The translations under genes and the position numbers were made by a program. Shown here in pieces: positions 15,618-17,433 of a DNA stretch of 17,433 nucleotides; position 1 is the stretch's first letter; each line of letters starts with the position of its first letter. The notes under the pieces were generated by a model. The model was not told where the DNA came from. It saw only the letters and a list, made by a program, of their open reading frames with translations, and ran no database searches. Source of the stretch: a virus. Lineage: Duplodnaviria > Heunggongvirae > Uroviricota > Caudoviricetes. The DNA lies in IMG/VR virus record IMGVR_UViG_3300035678_000001, one strand, 5' to 3'.

Positions 15618-15833
15618 TTAGGCGGACAGCGGCTCGGGCACGGGCTCTCTGTACGCCTCGGTGAGGGCCGCTGCTGCCATCCGCTCGTACTTGGCGTGCT
15701 GGGACGGGTGGAGCGCCTCGAAGGCCACCACGTGGGGCTGTCCGGCGTGCTCGGCCATGTAGATGACGCAGGCCGTCCGGCACACGAGAGAGTCCGGTGC
15801 CGACTTGGAGATCTTGTCCTTGGTGAGCGCCAC
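15618..15833 (-). CDS. Small hypothetical protein (71 aa; start re-called to GTG 15833)
   Basis: RBS GGGAGG before GTG GCG CTC ACC AAG; lies between motif copies 3 and 2. Confidence 0.7.
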   Translation of the reverse strand: MALTKDKISKSAPDSLVCRTACVIYMAEHAGQPHVVAFEALHPSQHAKYERMAAAALTEAYREPVPEPLSA

Positions 15834-15848
15834 GGCGGCACCTCCCTT

Positions 15849-15884
15849 CACCCCTTCACAGGTGATGTGACCGCCACCACAGGA
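15849..15884 (-). promoter_or_regulatory. Conserved bipartite motif, copy 3 (divergent spacer), upstream of the 71-aa ORF
   Basis: TCCTGT-N16-CCTGTGAAGGGGTGA with the same 21-bp spacing of the two CCTGT boxes but an unrelated spacer sequence. Confidence 0.65.
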
Positions 15885-15940
15885 CGAAGGCCCGCCCCAT
15901 CCTCACCCGGTAGCGCGGGTTAGGAAGGGACGGGCCTTCG
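15885..15940 (-). terminator. Long imperfect hairpin, candidate intrinsic terminator or processing site
   Basis: cgaaggcccg (15885-15894) pairs perfectly with cgggccttcg (15931-15940). On the minus strand the pairing continues through tcccttcct/aggatgggg and acccg/cgggt. There is no clear U-tract. Confidence 0.65.
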
Positions 15941-15988
15941 CCGTACGTGTGCGCCGTGACCCTGGCGCTGGGAGATGCAGACCACCCC

Positions 15989-16030
15989 CTACATCGGGAG
16001 CCTCCGAGACATGAGTTGCGAGTCGGTCAT
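15989..16030 (-). CDS. Candidate 13-aa peptide MTDSQLMSRRLPM
   Basis: Strong SD-like GGGAGGGAG five nt before the ATG; TAG at 15989. There is no homology evidence. Confidence 0.3.
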   Translation of the reverse strand: MTDSQLMSRRLPM

Positions 16031-16062
16031 GCTGCTCCCTCCCGTAGGTGCCTGATCTTCCA

Positions 16063-16080
16063 GAGGGGCTAGAGCCCCTC
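16063..16080 (-). repeat. Short perfect hairpin over the FN3-gene stop codon
   Basis: gaggggc-taga-gcccctc: 7-bp GC-rich stem with a 4-nt loop. Confidence 0.5.
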
Positions 16081-16920
16081 GTCGCGGGTCACGTCGGCCT
16101 GCAAGTTGCGCAGGCTCGGGATCGTGACGGGCGCCGACGCCGCAGAGCGCGGGCCGTTGCCGTTGGCGGTCCGGGCGTACACCGTGAAGGTGTAGGACTG
16201 GCCGGGGACCAGACCCTGCTCGAACTCCACCGAGGTCGCGTTCTTGCCGACCTGGGACGTGCCGGTCGTGTTGCTCTCCACGACGTAGCCGAGGACGCCA
16301 GCGGCCACCGCGTTGCCCGGAGGCGTCCACGCGACCGTGACGGCCACGCGGTTGGGCACGAGGGTCGCCGTGACGCCGGTCGGCGCCGTGGGGCTGCCCG
16401 CAGCCGGGACCGTGGTGATGGGCGGCGAGCCGTAGCCACGGGTGTCCAGCGTGCCGGGCTGCGTGGCACCAGAGCCGTACTGGCCGGGCTCCACAGCAGC
16501 CGGGTTGGGCGTGGTGCCGCCGCCGACCTTCACGGCGTCAGGCGAGCCCGCGTTCACGCGCACGTCCGCACCCTGGTACGACGTGTCGCGGATGGTCGCC
16601 GCCGGGTTGTCGCTCGGGGCGCGGTACGCCGGGCTGGCCGTGCCGCCGATGCCGCCGCCACCCTGCGTGGTGTCCGGCGGCGTGGTGCGCGGGTCGCGGC
16701 TGTGGCTGTCGGTGTCGCCGGTCTGGCCGACGCCGCCGAGAGCACCGCCACGAGTCGTGTCGGGCTGGGTGGCCGGAGGGCCGGGGACGTTGACAGACGA
16801 CGCCGCCTCGACACCACCCTGCGCTGCCTCGGTGTCCTTGTTGGACGCCGGGGGCTGGTTGCCGCCACCCGTGCCTCCCTGACCACCGGAGGTGGGGACG
16901 TTCGTTGCCGGACTGGTCAT
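16069..16920 (-). CDS. Low-complexity Gly/Thr/Pro-rich protein with C-terminal fibronectin type III domain (283 aa), probably virion-associated
   Basis: FN3 pattern APTGVTAT...VTVAWTPP...VLGYVV...GLVPGQSYTFTVYARTANGNGPRS (~16120-16390). The N-terminal ~175 aa appear unstructured. Confidence 0.8.
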   Translation of the reverse strand: MTSPATNVPTSGGQGGTGGGNQPPASNKDTEAAQGGVEAASSVNVPGPPATQPDTTRGGALGGVGQTGDTDSHSRDPRTTPPDTTQGGGGIGGTASPAYRAPSDNPAATIRDTSYQGADVRVNAGSPDAVKVGGGTTPNPAAVEPGQYGSGATQPGTLDTRGYGSPPITTVPAAGSPTAPTGVTATLVPNRVAVTVAWTPPGNAVAAGVLGYVVESNTTGTSQVGKNATSVEFEQGLVPGQSYTFTVYARTANGNGPRSAASAPVTIPSLRNLQADVTRDEGL

Positions 16921-16951
16921 GGGAGGTGCCTCTCGGGTCGTGGTGGACGGA

Positions 16952-16991
16952 GCCGTAGGGCCAGGCCGGGGTCAGCACCCAGCCCTACGGC
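16952..16991 (-). terminator. Intergenic hairpin (10-bp perfect stem)
   Basis: gccgtagggc (16952-16961) pairs with gccctacggc (16982-16991), starting 7 nt after the upstream stop; no U-tract. Confidence 0.55.
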
Positions 16992-16998
16992 GCCGGAA

Positions 16999-17433
16999 CT
17001 ACTTGTTGCCCGTCGCCTTGGCCGGGGTCGCCTTGGCGGGCGGGGTGCTGCCCTTGTCGCCGCTCTTGTCCGCCGCCGAGCCCTGGGTTGCCCCGGTCGT
17101 CTCGGCGGTGCCACCAGCCGGGCTGGCAGCGGCCTGCTGTGCGGCCACATCGTTGGGCGTCAGGTCGCCCTTCTCCTTGGCCTCGTTGTCCTTCTCGGCT
17201 TCGGTGAGGGAGGGATCCTGCACCTTGACGCCAGCAGCGGCGTCAGCGGCTGCCTGCACGTTGTCCTTGGCCTCGTCGTTGGAGATGTGGTCGTCCGGGA
17301 GGACGACCGAGGCCGTGTCGGTGTTGTCCTTGTTGTTCGGGTCCAGCGCGTCGGCGGCGTACTGCAAGTCCTGCGCCTTCGCCGCGTCGAAGACCGGCGT
17401 GATGCCTTCGAGCCGCTCGTGCTCGCCACCTGC
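16999..17433 (-). CDS. Partial acidic Ala/Asp-rich hypothetical protein (5' end outside the window)
   Basis: The frame is open from the window edge: AGGEHERLEGITPVFDAAKAQDLQYAADALDP...PAKATPAKATGNK*. The track start at 17367 is an internal TTG. Confidence 0.75.
   Translation of the reverse strand, partial: AGGEHERLEGITPVFDAAKAQDLQYAADALDPNNKDNTDTASVVLPDDHISNDEAKDNVQAAADAAAGVKVQDPSLTEAEKDNEAKEKGDLTPNDVAAQQAAASPAGGTAETTGATQGSAADKSGDKGSTPPAKATPAKATGNK

Noticed and set aside
11523-15884. Repeats as a CRISPR array, att sites or IS ends
   Set aside because: Only three copies, irregularly spaced (~4 kb and ~0.3 kb) and in direct orientation before start codons. No cas, integrase or transposase gene is present.
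1-17433. tRNA, rRNA, intron, intein or stop-codon reassignment
   Set aside because: No recognisable RNA gene or intein motif. The genes tile tightly with standard stops (TAG, TGA and TAA all used), leaving little unexplained space.

Overview
High-GC window (most likely from an actinobacterial host) holding a contiguous virion-morphogenesis module of a contractile-tailed phage or prophage, almost all on the minus strand. Read right to left: partial acidic/Ala-rich protein; low-complexity protein with a C-terminal FN3 domain; small ORFs and hairpins; fibre-like protein; head-tail adaptor; CxxC-containing head-closure protein; HK97 gp10-like completion protein; tail terminator; an antisense, apparently truncated HNH nuclease gene; tail sheath; tail tube; tail assembly chaperone; tape measure protein; two putative tube-initiator/baseplate proteins; a 947-aa hub with inserted RlpA-like DPBB and NlpC/P60 domains; spike-like protein; tail-fibre-associated protein; partial acidic protein. 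The layout recalls large actinobacterial myoviruses (cluster C mycobacteriophage / Rhodococcus E3 type), from memory and not from a search. The strongest signals missed by the ORF track are: (1) three copies of a bipartite TCCTGT-N16-CCTGTGAAGGGGTGA motif just upstream of minus-strand starts, a candidate phage-specific promoter or activator site; (2) a G GGG GAA -1 slippery site in the chaperone gene followed by a perfect 15-bp hairpin; (3) hidden small ORFs of 13, 36 and 66 aa. All product calls come from motifs and synteny; no database searches were run.
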